NCBI GenBank assembly: GCA_977018835.1
Contig: OZ361260.1
Location: 868,001-932,000, forward strand
Origin: Minutocellus sp. GHC0000111
Taxonomy: Eukaryota
Length of the DNA stretch: 64,000 nt
Direction of reading: 5' to 3'
Shown: piece by piece, positions 48,652 through 59,510 of the stretch
How positions within the stretch are numbered: position 1 is the first letter of the stretch
Layout: each line of letters opens with the position of its first letter
Translations under genes and position numbers: made by a program
Notes under the pieces: generated by a model
Databases searched by the model: none
What the model was told of the DNA's origin: nothing
What the model saw: only the letters and a program-made list of their open reading frames with translations

Positions 48652-49491
48652 TTAATCTTTGGAAAAGAAATCAGATGCGAAATGACGCCATAGTCCTTCG
48701 GGAGCATCGGTGAGCTCGGCATCGCGACGTCTCTTCTTGGCAGGAGAGCATGATTGGTCGTGATCTGTGGGGAAGGAGGGTTTCGTCGGAACGTGATTAT
48801 GAACCAGAATGCGGCTTTCTCCTGTCCGTTGCCGGGTCTGCACCAATTTCCTGGACATCTCGTCAATCTTCGCCTTATTCGAAGTAAGTGATGGCAAGTG
48901 GAATTCGGTGGACATTTTCGTTGAATCGATGTTGATCCTGGTGGCAACTTCTTCTTCTTCATCGTCGTCGTCTGGTACCATACGCAACGTTTGTGTTTTG
49001 ACATCACCTTGATGAGCAGCGATGGCATTGGCATCGCCGATATTTCTTGTTGCTGAAGATATGGCCCAAGAGAAACTTTGATTTTGTTGGCTCTGTCGCC
49101 GAGAGCCACTCAAAGCTGCGAGTGCCTCAGGGGAAAGACCACCGTCGTCTGCACCCATGTCTCCCCAGAGCTCTCGGGCAACATTGATAGAAGAGCGACG
49201 ACATGATACTAGTACATGGTTGTCGTCATCGCTTGTGAACAAGTCTTGGGAGAGCTTGTTGTCTACTTTGCTGTCGACTATGCCTACCAGCACATCGCTT
49301 TCCTTGGTGGTCGTTGCGTGGTCGTCGTGCTCGTTATTAGTATTATCCTTCTTCAGGGCAATTGTCAGGCTCAACCTTCGTTTTGGCCTGCTGCTCGAAG
49401 TGATGATGCGACCCGATGACGACAAAGGCCGGACAAGAAAGTTGGCGAAGACTGACGATGAAGAAGAAGAGTTGGCGTCGTTAGTATTCAT
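48652..49491 (-). CDS. Hypothetical low-complexity protein
   Basis: 279-aa ATG-initiated ORF followed by an AT-rich 3' region; no motif recognised. Confidence 0.5.
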   Translation of the reverse strand: MNTNDANSSSSSSVFANFLVRPLSSSGRIITSSSRPKRRLSLTIALKKDNTNNEHDDHATTTKESDVLVGIVDSKVDNKLSQDLFTSDDDNHVLVSCRRSSINVARELWGDMGADDGGLSPEALAALSGSRRQSQQNQSFSWAISSATRNIGDANAIAAHQGDVKTQTLRMVPDDDDEEEEVATRINIDSTKMSTEFHLPSLTSNKAKIDEMSRKLVQTRQRTGESRILVHNHVPTKPSFPTDHDQSCSPAKKRRRDAELTDAPEGLWRHFASDFFSKD

Positions 49492-50384
49492 GCAATGATG
49501 ATGGAAAATTACGTTGTAATGTTGTAATGTCGAAAATCGCCACGTCGCTTGATGTCCGATAGGTTTGTCCGATGCAAATGGGCTATTGTGGGCGCTTTCC
49601 TCGGGTCCGTAATCGGGGAAATTTCCCCGTCATTTTGTTCCCCGTCGCTTCATTTGAATTCCTATTTTTCATTTTGACATGTTGCACTGTTCCGCGTAGG
49701 AATTCCTACGTAGCAGCATTGAGCAGAGCGCATACCAGGTACACAAAAGAAATCTCGGCTTTCTGGAACAGTGTTCTGGATTGTGATTTCGTCACCGCGG
49801 GAACATTCCCGAAATTGTCACCATCCACATAAAATAGCCCCCGCCCGCCACCTTTTGCTGAACACAAAAAGTACACACTTTCCTTTTTTCGTTACCGCTC
49901 CTACCGGAAGCATGACTCATCAACGCGTCGGCAGACACACAGGCGCAATGCAAACTCGGCCTCGGCCTCACTTTCCTGAAAACATTAACAGACTGATTGT
50001 ATTCCACCTACTAGTCTCTAGTACCACGTTCTATTCCTCTCAAAATCTACACCTTTCACTACAAGCCATGAACGCCAATCGCAACGAATTTAGATCTACA
50101 AGTGCGACTCCTCGCTTAGCATCGTTTGGTGCATCAGATCGCATCGCTCCACTGGCATCAGCACCATCAGAAATTGGGCAAAACTCCCTCGGAAACTTTC
50201 CTTCTCATCCATATTCGTCACCGCGTCAGACGGGCCAAAGAAAGGAAATATCTACAACCCACAAAAGCAGTGCTCATCGTCACATCTCGATGAAACAAAG
50301 CACGATGCCAACAAGAAGATCGCGCCCTCCTCCCAGCAACCAGAAGATTTCTCAATCTCAATCGTTGACCTCGTCCCCATCCCC

Positions 50385-51005
50385 GTGACCAAGCCAGAGA
50401 AGAAAGTACCGGTAGCAGGACAACAAGACGAAGGCCAACAGACCCCACACATACCAAAGAGAGAAGATTCAGCAAACTCCGCTACATGCTGCATGACTCA
50501 AGACATCAGTGAAACTGATGGACTTTCATGTTTCTCTGGAAGCCTCAACGACGTCGATGGCACCCCGAGTACCTACCGGATATCCCACGAAATATGCTTC
50601 ACCAAGTACGCCGGAGATCACCTCCTTCACCTTCTGGACGAAAACGAGCATGAAGGTAGGATCTCCATCCAACGCAATAGCACCGATACCTATCGCCTGT
50701 CCCACGAAATTGGACATCTGTCCTTTGCTTCAAGTCTCTCCATTGACATGGAGGACGACGACTCGACCGGCGCCACCGTCTCCTCTCTCGGCGAAGATGA
50801 CGAGTCATCTCTTGCCGAAGGCGAGGTATTTCGAATATCTCTCAACGATGATCATCAAGGCAGCCCTGGAGTAGAAGATCGCCAAGAAAGCAGCAGAAGT
50901 AGCCATCGATACTGTGTGTCGTACGAGCGAGGGCATCTCTCCCTTGGCGACGACCTCTTACAGGGCCTTGACTACGAGGAGGATAGTGTTGGTGGGACAA
51001 TCTAA
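50385..51005 (+). CDS. Hypothetical protein with short YR(I/L)SHE(I) repeats
   Basis: TYRISHEI, TYRLSHEIGHL and RYCVSYERGHL; start uncertain. Confidence 0.45.
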   Translation: MTKPEKKVPVAGQQDEGQQTPHIPKREDSANSATCCMTQDISETDGLSCFSGSLNDVDGTPSTYRISHEICFTKYAGDHLLHLLDENEHEGRISIQRNSTDTYRLSHEIGHLSFASSLSIDMEDDDSTGATVSSLGEDDESSLAEGEVFRISLNDDHQGSPGVEDRQESSRSSHRYCVSYERGHLSLGDDLLQGLDYEEDSVGGTI

Positions 51006-51079
51006 TTCCAAAAAAAAGAGAAAACAACTTGAATTCATACAGACGACGCCTGTATATTATTATATATAAAATGTATATA

Positions 51080-51823
51080 TGTTAGTCCCAAAATGCGCAC
51101 TGTCCCAGTTCGCGAACTGGGATCTCAGTTTGCGCACTGGGATTTATTTATCCCAGTTCGGAAACTGGGATCCCAGGCACAATCTCAGTTCGCAAACTGA
51201 GATCGATTGACAAATAATGAACACTTAGCAAGGATGATATCGCCTTTGCTTCTTTTCGCTTCATTTTTTCATTCGGCCAAAGAATGGAAAGCATCGTCAT
51301 TTGCTCTGATCCCGGCGGCGGCGGTGACAACGGGGTAATAGCAATGTTGATGTTGCTGACATTTGTATTGGCCACCGCCGCTTTTGTTATTGTTGCTTTT
51401 CGTTGATAATTTACATTTATTTTATGATGCACAGTGCAACTTGTATTGTAGATAGATCTACCAGTGCATGTGCATGCATGCAATTTAGTTGATAAACGAT
51501 TACGTAGATTCTACTTATACATGTACCTAGGTACAAAATAATCATTCTGCATGAGCCAACACCGGCAGCTACCATTCTGGTACTTGCCGAGAATGCCAGT
51601 TTCCAAACTGGTATTTATTATTGTTCCAGTTCGCAAACTCGTCTGGTTCCTAAATTCGGATTATTTTATTTATCTCAGTTTCCATTCTGGTAGTATCAGT
51701 GCGCAAACTGAGATCCTAGTTTGGGAACTGGGGCCCAGTGCGCAAACTGGGATAAATGAATCTCAGTTCGCAAACTGAGATCCCAGTTCGCGAATTGGGA
51801 CAGTGCGCATTTTGGGACTAACA
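51080..51823 (-). mobile_element. Full-length MITE copy 3, inverted relative to copy 2, with a different interior
   Basis: TGTTAGTCCCAAAATGCGCACTGTCCC ... GGGACAGTGCGCATTTTGGGACTAACA; flanks GTATATA| and |TATATAC. Confidence 0.93.
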
Positions 51824-52184
51824 TATATACACCGGAAGCCTGGCTGTTAGATCTACATGTACATATTCAGCAAGTCCACATCATCCACAAAATATAGATA
51901 GCACTCGATATTTATAAATCCTATAATATATTGATAAAACCTCAACTCTTACACCACACTATGCTACATATGATACGGGCCATTGATTAGGCAGGCGCTG
52001 ATCTTCATGTGCAAGTCTCACTTTGAGACTGGCCGATGCTCTGAGGGAGGTGGCTTCTCGGCTCGTCACTCCAACAAAGGACATGGTCATTATGAGCAAT
52101 TCCGAGGTTATGAGAAGTGGCCCAGAATTCACTACGAGTAGAACAGGCGAATCATTGATGTTTTGACTTTGTGACCTATTGTCT

Positions 52185-53006
52185 TTATGCCTTATGCGAC
52201 TTCAAGATAGTTGGAAATCTATAATAGAATTTAGTTACACACCGTGATTCTCTGCGTTCTTGGTTCTTGGTTGCCAAGGCAACAATAGTAAATCGCAGTT
52301 CTCCCGGATCTCTCTGCATAAATTTATCAACGACGCCGCAGGCATCTCTGAGAAATGATGCCTCCTCTGTAGGTCCATGATGAATCGGCGCTTCCTTTCG
52401 TCCATCTAGCTCGTAAAGTCCTCCGTCGACGTTGACCAGTGCGACGAAATGGGTATTGACAGCATCCTCCAGGCTACCACGGCCAGTCTGATTGGCATCA
52501 TCAGAAGTCGCGGCATCGTGCATGGTCTCAATTTCTTGATCTGATTCCAGAATCGAAGCCTTCTCGGTTGGGCTAAGGGTGTGAGGACACTTCGAGTAGA
52601 AGCGGTCCATCCAAGAGCCCTGTTGGATGAGGCCGTCCTTCCCACCTCCCGGTACAGCCGTGGAGAGGTTGCCAAGTGCATGGAGGATTCCGATGGTGCC
52701 ACAAGCGTTGCCAATCCGCTGCTTCATGTACCAAACCTTATCGGACACCTGCTGCTTGGGTGTCACATCCGTGTTCTCGGCCGCCCTGTGCGCCTCTTGC
52801 GGCGGAGAGATGGGGTAGAGCATAATAACAGCCGCCACCGGTTGCGGCACCATTTCCAGCGCCCAATCCTCAGTAGAGAAGACATCGACGAACTCCAACT
52901 GGTTGGTGTCGAGACCGAGCTTGCTGATGTATGAATTGAGCAGAGGGGGATTCGATTCGAGGGGGAACCACCGCCCAGCGTCCACTCGTTCCTCCTTGTC
53001 GGTCAT
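52185..53006 (-). CDS. Ubiquitin C-terminal hydrolase, family C12 (UCH-L3-like)
   Basis: WFPLESNP, MKQRIGNACGTIGILH, HFVALV, LYELDGRK. Confidence 0.93.
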   Translation of the reverse strand: MTDKEERVDAGRWFPLESNPPLLNSYISKLGLDTNQLEFVDVFSTEDWALEMVPQPVAAVIMLYPISPPQEAHRAAENTDVTPKQQVSDKVWYMKQRIGNACGTIGILHALGNLSTAVPGGGKDGLIQQGSWMDRFYSKCPHTLSPTEKASILESDQEIETMHDAATSDDANQTGRGSLEDAVNTHFVALVNVDGGLYELDGRKEAPIHHGPTEEASFLRDACGVVDKFMQRDPGELRFTIVALATKNQERRESRCVTKFYYRFPTILKSHKA

Positions 53007-53111
53007 GGTCGTGCTGTGCGGAGATGATATCGATATGAGGGAATTGTGGGTACCGCACGGTGGGGATGAGCTGGCGACGGTGGTTAGCAGCAGGCACTAA
53101 AACTGCATTCC

Positions 53112-53277
53112 TGTAGTGCCCAGTTTTTCTGCTGACCACCACCTTCGCCTCCTCTCGTCTCAACTGACCAAGCAAGCCACAACCATCTGCGATTGCTGCC
53201 GTTGCAATTGCTAAGTCAGCTTACAGTACCGGCTCCCAGAGCCTGTCTCTCTCTCTCTCAGTAGTTCGTTAGTTTTA
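53112..53277 (+). repeat. Left terminal inverted repeat (166 bp)
   Basis: TGTAGTGCCCAG...GTTAGTTTTA is the reverse complement of 59511-59670 apart from a 4-bp duplication, one extra TC unit and one substitution. Confidence 0.97.
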
Positions 53278-53304
53278 AATTCCCTCAAACCCGTCTAAGA
53301 AGTT

Positions 53305-55441
53305 TCATTTGCCGGCGGCATCACGAGAAAGAGAATCAGCCTCCGGATTGCGCTTCCCCTGGAACCACTGTGAGTGCAGCATGGTGTTGGTCTCGATGAG
53401 CATGTCGGCTAGTTTCCGCGCCGTGGCCAGCTTGACCGCTACGTCAGCATCCTTCTCGCCGTGAGACACGAAGTTCGACTTCCTGAGCCATCCCTCGGCC
53501 GTGGTGCTGTCGGTCCCCGACAGCACGCAGGAGAGGGGGTTGGCAGGTAGGTTGCCCTCGATGTGGTCGATCCATGGGCCGATGACGGCGGCGAGGAATT
53601 CCAGGTAATTGAGGGTGAACCGGCCCCATAGCTCCTCGGGGAGGGCAAATCTCCACGCTCTGCCGGATGAGGACCATCCGCCGATGCCGTGCTCGCAGGA
53701 GGCGTCACTCATGCACTCGTGGGTGGGGCAACGGCACGTGAGGAGGTTCATGCTCATGCCATCGGCGGCCCTTCGGAGGAAGCGGAGCCATAGGTTGAGG
53801 TCTTCTGCATCCTCAGAGTCGAACCGTTGGCGGCCGTGGCGGCGGGCCTTCCAGAGCAGATCCCGAAGGCGGCTGAGGAAGTGTCGTGCGGCTGGAACGA
53901 TGCATCCGACGTGGTTTAGCCTTCCGACCAAGGTGTCCAGCTCTGATCTGGTGGCGCCGCGGGCTCTGAGGAGCCGAAGTGTGTCATCGCGCCAGGCCAG
54001 GTGCTTGCTCCAAGGGAGCCTCAGCAGGAGCCGCCGGGTGTCAGCATCCCACCCCAAGAGACACAGTGCTTCGGAAGGCAGGCGTCCCCTCGGCGAGCAG
54101 CTTCTTGATGGAGGCAAGGTCATCTCTGGGCAGTGGCTCGCTGTCGGATGCCGGTCGGCCAAGCGCGTGGATGGCGAGGAGGGTGGCAGCGGATGTCCGA
54201 TCCTTGTTGTCGCCCAGGTCAGGGGCTGCGGCGATGGGGTCATCGATGCACGGCTCGACGATGCCATCCTTGTTGTCGGGAAGGGTTGCGATCATGTCCA
54301 GGGCCGGCGCGAACGGTGCATCGTCGCCCTCCACCTTGGGGCGACCCAAGTGCTTCTGCTGGGGGCCATGGAGCTCTGATGGGTCCCAGTCCAAGCATTG
54401 CAGGAGGGCCCTGGCCAGGTCGGCCGCCGATTCGGACACATTGCACCATTCGCTCGGGCAAGGGCAGCCGCCGAAAGTCAGCCGGAGGGACATGAGGGCA
54501 ATGCCATCCAGGGTGGTGATCGTTTTGACGGCCGTGCTGGGAGCCAAGTGGGCCCGGCGACACGCAGCCTTGAAATCGACCTTCTGCAGGAGGATGGGAG
54601 CACGGGGATGCTTGTGACGGGCGTCTGCGATGTAGTGGATCACTCGCCGGAGGGCATGGCCGAACACCACTGGCTGGTGGTCCTCCATGCGTGCTCTGTT
54701 GTTGACGGACCGTGCGGCACCGATCTCGAAGGATTGGTCGTGAGTCAGGCGGTCCTTGGGCATGATCTCGCCAGCCTCGCTGATCGTGTTCTGTGCTGCC
54801 AAACCCATCGGAGCCACCTCCGCTCCAGGAATGAGGGGCGCGACCTTTGCTGGCAGAGGGAGGGCGAAACTGCGGGTCACGTCGTCGAGAACTTGGTCCT
54901 TGAGCACCTCCGGCCTGTCCCTGGCCGATTTGTGGTTGCCTCGGCCGATGCTCTTTGTCACGCTGTCCAGTCTGCTTTCGTCGCTCACCGGATCGAGGGC
55001 CCAGTCGGATCCACTGTCGAGAATGGAGCGGAAGCGGGACCACAGCGGGTGCCGGCCAAGAATCGGCTCCAGAAGACTCAGGTCTCTGAACTCCGATCCC
55101 GGTTGGAGTGGCGACCCGCCCTGCGCCTCGAGTGCCCTGCTCAGAGAACGATCGCATTTCTTGAGGACCGACCAATTGTGAGCGGCGGCCTCCGTCAAGA
55201 GCTCAAATCTGAACTCCGTGGGCTTCGGTGTGGCCGACGGGGAGACTCGACTGCTCGTCGGACGTGCTGCACCAAGGTGGAAACATCGAAGATGGGCTCT
55301 AGTTCCCACGTGGAATTGCATGAGGCGAGAAAAAGGTGAGATGTGTGCATGCTGCACGTTCACGAGCATGCGGGTCTGTCCGACCGTGGTGGGCCCATTG
55401 TGGGCGCTGGGCTGCCCCGTTTGTTGCAGGTGTTTCTTCAC
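53305..55441 (-). pseudogene. Reverse transcriptase-RNase H of DIRS type, inactivated
   Basis: KDRLTHDQSF, KVDFKAACRR, LRLTFGG, CIDD (for YIDD), LLGW, LVGRLNH, SDAS, NYLEFLA, TDSTTA, NPEADSLSR. Frameshift from a 4-bp duplication at 54076-54083. Confidence 0.88.
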
Positions 55442-55954
55442 CTGTTGGTCTCACTTGCCATTTTGGCGTGTCGGTTCTGCTTCCTTGCTGTGCGTAGGGG
55501 AACCAGGGGGAGACTGTGCTTCGGGTTGGGGCTGCTTGCCTAGGAGATCCTTCTCTCGCTGGCCTAGCCGGTCGAAGAGGTTGTCGGTGGCTTCCGCACC
55601 GCCAGCGTCAGTGGTGCTGGAGCCAGAGCCTGAGATGCTGTTGTCGGCGCAGGCATCACCGCTGGTGTTGGGGGGACCAGGACCCGACCGAAGGTCACTG
55701 CTAACGCCTCGGCCTTCTGCTCCGGCATTAGGGGCACCGGAGAGCCTGGATTGGTTGCTGATGTCGTTGCGACCGCACACGCCGGATTTTGGGGTGCCGG
55801 ACAACCTTGGGCGGCTGGAGCCACCGGGGCGGATCGACGCCGACGTGTCTGGCTGCACTCGACGGCGCTTGGAGGGACGAGCTCGGCCGGCTGGCCGAGA
55901 TGTTTCTCCAGCATCCTCCGAGGGTGGGCCACGCCTCCGTGCCCACCCGATCCG

Positions 55955-57922
55955 TCATTCCTCCGCCTCCTCGCACTTCCGATCGCATTTCTCGACGCAC
56001 TGCTCGACGGGTCCTCTCTCCGACGCCTTAAGAGGCTTCTTGACATGCGACTTCTTGAGCTCACACGAGGATCCGGCGCCGCAGACACCTATCAGGATGA
56101 ATGGAGGGCAGAATTTACAGCCATTAATTTCAGGTCTGTCCTCATGGGGCTCGGATTTCTTGCCATGCCGTTTTGCAAAGTTGCCGGGGTTGATGTCGAA
56201 CGTGACGAAGTGCTCGCACTGCTGGTGGGCTCTGCCGCTGGCGCCGCCCGTCTTTTGCTTCTTTTTCGGACTGGTTCTTGGCTCTGATTTGTCGGAGTCG
56301 GAATCCGAGGAAGGGGTGGGAGCGTCGGCCGATTGGACGAGCTTGATGTGGCTGGGGTAGACGAAAGGACTCTGAGTCTTCATCATCTTTTTGGACTCGT
56401 CGGCCATTGAGAAGCAAGAGAGGTCGTTGCCGGCGTCGTCGGGGGAACGGAGACAAGCTTTCCAGAATGCATGGATGGAGGCGTCGACATTGTGGAACAT
56501 CGCCAGCCAGAACTTCTCGCCATGGCTCTCGGCGATGTCGCGGTGCTGGTCCTCGTGTGTCTTCATGTGACTGAGGACCCTGGCGACGTAGCGAGCGGGC
56601 TCGGAGTCCTCTCCGGCAAGGAAGGAAATGCCAGCGCCGAAGGCCGAGATGTGACGTTTGGCACCGTCGTGCTCGGTTGGGGACCGGCAGCTCTGCTTCA
56701 GAAGAGCCTTCACCTGAGTCGAGGCATGTCCTTTCTTTTGAGAGGCGGCGAGGCAAAGGGGCGCATTGCTGCTGCTGGAGTTTGCCGGGCTAAAGGCGAA
56801 GACAGAGAAGCCATCGCAGATTTTCTTGTCGCTCTTCCCGAAGCCAAAGAGGCGGACGTAAGTGGTGAGGCCCTGGAGAGATGTCCTGACTCCGGTCTTG
56901 CCCTTTACATGCAGCTCGAGGCCGACGGCTGCTTGCGTGAGGTTTGACTCTTCCAGCAGTGCTTTCAATCCTTCGGGAAGATTCGAGTCGATCGCTGCTA
57001 CATCATCGTCACACTCGGTCGAGACCCGGCAGAAAGCGGCACAGGCCTTGAGGATGGCGCCATTCATCGAGTGCTTCTTGTCGACCTTGTCAGTGCAGGC
57101 CATGACTGCGCCGGTGAGGGAGGATGCTTCGGACGCGGCCCTAGTCATGGCGTTGGCCGCGGTAGCAACTGCAGAGTCGGTCGGGGCGCCACCGGCTGGT
57201 GGTCCGTCGCCACTGGCGCCAGTGATGCACCGAGCGTGCATCTCACGGGCGCATGTCTTGAGAGCCGGGTCCGTCGTTGGGTGCAAGCTGACGGCCGGGA
57301 TGTCACCTTGGTCGGACGTGGCGACGAACCACAGCCACTTGACGACGTGTTGAACAGCCTCATTGGAGCGAAGACCTGCTGCGCCATGACCCTCGTCGTC
57401 ACCGCTGTCTGATGCGTCGTCGCTGCCGGCGTCCTCATCCAGCCGACGTTTGATGGCGGACAGGATGGCCCAAGGCGATGCCTCGTGCTCTTCCAGAACA
57501 TTCTGCAGAATCGAAGGTGGCAGCAGCACAAGGGACTTAAACTTCGTGGAGGCACTCCGGTGGCGGGTGTTGGAGCCTTCCTGGGTGAGACCGGTTAGGG
57601 CGGCTTCTGACGGTGCCCCCAGCATGGCTTCCACCGATGGGGCTAGGACCTCCTTGTGCCGCAAGAGGCTAGGTTGGGCCAACGACATTGCCGGGGCTAC
57701 ATCGTCGATCCCGAGGAGCCCACCCAACCTGAGGTCGGGCTGCATGGTGGTGCCTCCCTGAGCCACGGCATGGTGAATCACCATGACTTTCCCTTCTGGA
57801 TGGTGGGCCAGCATGGACAAGCCCTCGGCGTCGCGGATTTGCTGCTGGATCGCTCGGGCATGGCTCTGGACCATGGCGGCCGTGGGGTCGGTTTCACAGA
57901 CGTTGTCAGGCAAGGTGATCAA
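55955..57922 (-). CDS. Gag-like ORF of the retroelement
   Basis: 655-aa ORF upstream of RT with a C-terminal Cys/His knuckle (FCPPFILIGVCGAGSSCELKKSH); only 3 Tyr. Confidence 0.6.
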   Translation of the reverse strand: MITLPDNVCETDPTAAMVQSHARAIQQQIRDAEGLSMLAHHPEGKVMVIHHAVAQGGTTMQPDLRLGGLLGIDDVAPAMSLAQPSLLRHKEVLAPSVEAMLGAPSEAALTGLTQEGSNTRHRSASTKFKSLVLLPPSILQNVLEEHEASPWAILSAIKRRLDEDAGSDDASDSGDDEGHGAAGLRSNEAVQHVVKWLWFVATSDQGDIPAVSLHPTTDPALKTCAREMHARCITGASGDGPPAGGAPTDSAVATAANAMTRAASEASSLTGAVMACTDKVDKKHSMNGAILKACAAFCRVSTECDDDVAAIDSNLPEGLKALLEESNLTQAAVGLELHVKGKTGVRTSLQGLTTYVRLFGFGKSDKKICDGFSVFAFSPANSSSSNAPLCLAASQKKGHASTQVKALLKQSCRSPTEHDGAKRHISAFGAGISFLAGEDSEPARYVARVLSHMKTHEDQHRDIAESHGEKFWLAMFHNVDASIHAFWKACLRSPDDAGNDLSCFSMADESKKMMKTQSPFVYPSHIKLVQSADAPTPSSDSDSDKSEPRTSPKKKQKTGGASGRAHQQCEHFVTFDINPGNFAKRHGKKSEPHEDRPEINGCKFCPPFILIGVCGAGSSCELKKSHVKKPLKASERGPVEQCVEKCDRKCEEAEE

Positions 57923-57929
57923 TGCTCGA

Positions 57930-59474
57930 TCACCTTGCCTGTCGCCTTCGGCGTCGGTCCTCTCGGCGCTGGATGTGGTTCAGATCGGCCGTGAGGGTGA
58001 GGATGCGGTCGGCGATGTCGGGCTCTCCAAAGGCGGATAGAAGGATGTTGAATGCCTGACGCGGTGGCTCTGACACCAAAACATCGGCGGTGACATCTCG
58101 CAGGCGGATAGGTGCCTCGAGATCGTCGGGGCGCCGGTGAATTGATGCTCTTGGCCAGACGCGGTAGTGGGTGCCCTCCCAGCGATTTGGATCGGCCGTG
58201 TCGTCTAGCCACCTCGGACAGACTCGATGGTAGGTGCCTACCCAGCGGTGTGAGGGGGACGCCGTTAGGTCTGCCAGCCTTCCCCAACATTCGTGCGGGT
58301 TGACCTCCACTCGGTGTCCAAGAGGATTGCTGTCAGGCCGAGTGTGTCGGAGTCGAGCGCTGGTGAGGCTCTCGAATCCACTGTCCCAGTTGATAATAGC
58401 TTCAGTGAGTTGGTCCGGTCGTAGGCACTGCCGTCTCTGGAACGGGTGCGGCGAATCCAGCGGGAACTGGGTGATCAGGGCGAAAGGGCCGATGAGATCT
58501 CCCCTCGCTCCAATGCCACACTGACGCCAGCCCGCTCGGTTCGGTCGTGTGCGTCACGTGGGTAGAAGAGTGGCCTTACCTCCCACTCGAAATAAGTGAG
58601 CGGCAGCGTTGGTGGAAGCTCGCTCCCCCGTGAACCTGTGCAAGTGCACGCTCTAGAGGTCTGCCCTCTCTGGCCGCGATGCGCCGTCTTTCTTTTCGGC
58701 CTGGTAGTGGAGGATGCACTGCGTGAGCCGGCAGAGCTGGGGCCAGATGCAATGGTGTTGCCGCGCTGCTGCTACCGATGCCTCCGGACACCTTCGCCCC
58801 CGACACTGTTGAACCACGACGCCTCCGTCTGCCCGTGGCAGTCGGCACAGTGCACTGCTCAGGTCCAACTCAGTTGCCGTCTCGTGTGCCCGGCGGATCT
58901 CAGGCTCGGCAAGGCGCGTGGCTATCAGCCAGATGTTGACGAGGTGCGTGGGCCAGTCCGGTGACACCAAGAAGGCTTGTTGCTCGAGGCACTCGGCGAC
59001 CAGACCGTGCGCTACTGGAGTAAGGTGTGAAACGGCTGCTGCTGGGGATGGCTGGTACCCCGTGGCTCTCGATGGGAGGTAGCCTGTGGCGCGCTCGACG
59101 AGATCGGTGAGGTGCTCGGTAACGTCGATTCGGCCCTCGGCAAAACTTTTCCACCAATCCAGTGCGTCTGTGGTCAGTCTCTCGGACAACGCCCTGGCTG
59201 TGAAGAAACTTCTGCGCCCGGGCCGAATCTGACGTCTGAGTCTGTCCCAGCCTCGTGGAAGGTCAGGAGAGTCTCCTCGGACGATGAGGTCTCTTGCCAC
59301 TCCGAACAACACGTGATCCAGTTCCGGTCGATCTGGTTCGGCCATGCACTGTTCTGCCGTCGTAGAGACTGGTGTCGGATCTACGTGCACTATCAACGGA
59401 GCTGAGCCGTGGCCGTTTGACTCCGGAGTCGACTGCGGTCTCTGGACTAACAGCAGTGGTGGTGTGTCGGCCAA
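57930..59474 (-). pseudogene. Interrupted unknown first ORF of the element
   Basis: Co-oriented ORF pieces 58653-59474 and 57930-~58550 inside the TIRs; no motif recognised. Confidence 0.35.
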
Positions 59475-59510
59475 TAATTACGAACTCGTAGAGTAGCACC
59501 AACCTAATGC

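Noticed and set aside
54133..57994. Many long overlapping ORFs on both strands of the retroelement
   Set aside because: Expected by-product of high GC and loss of TAA/TAG stop codons through TpA depletion; no motifs in the alternative frames.
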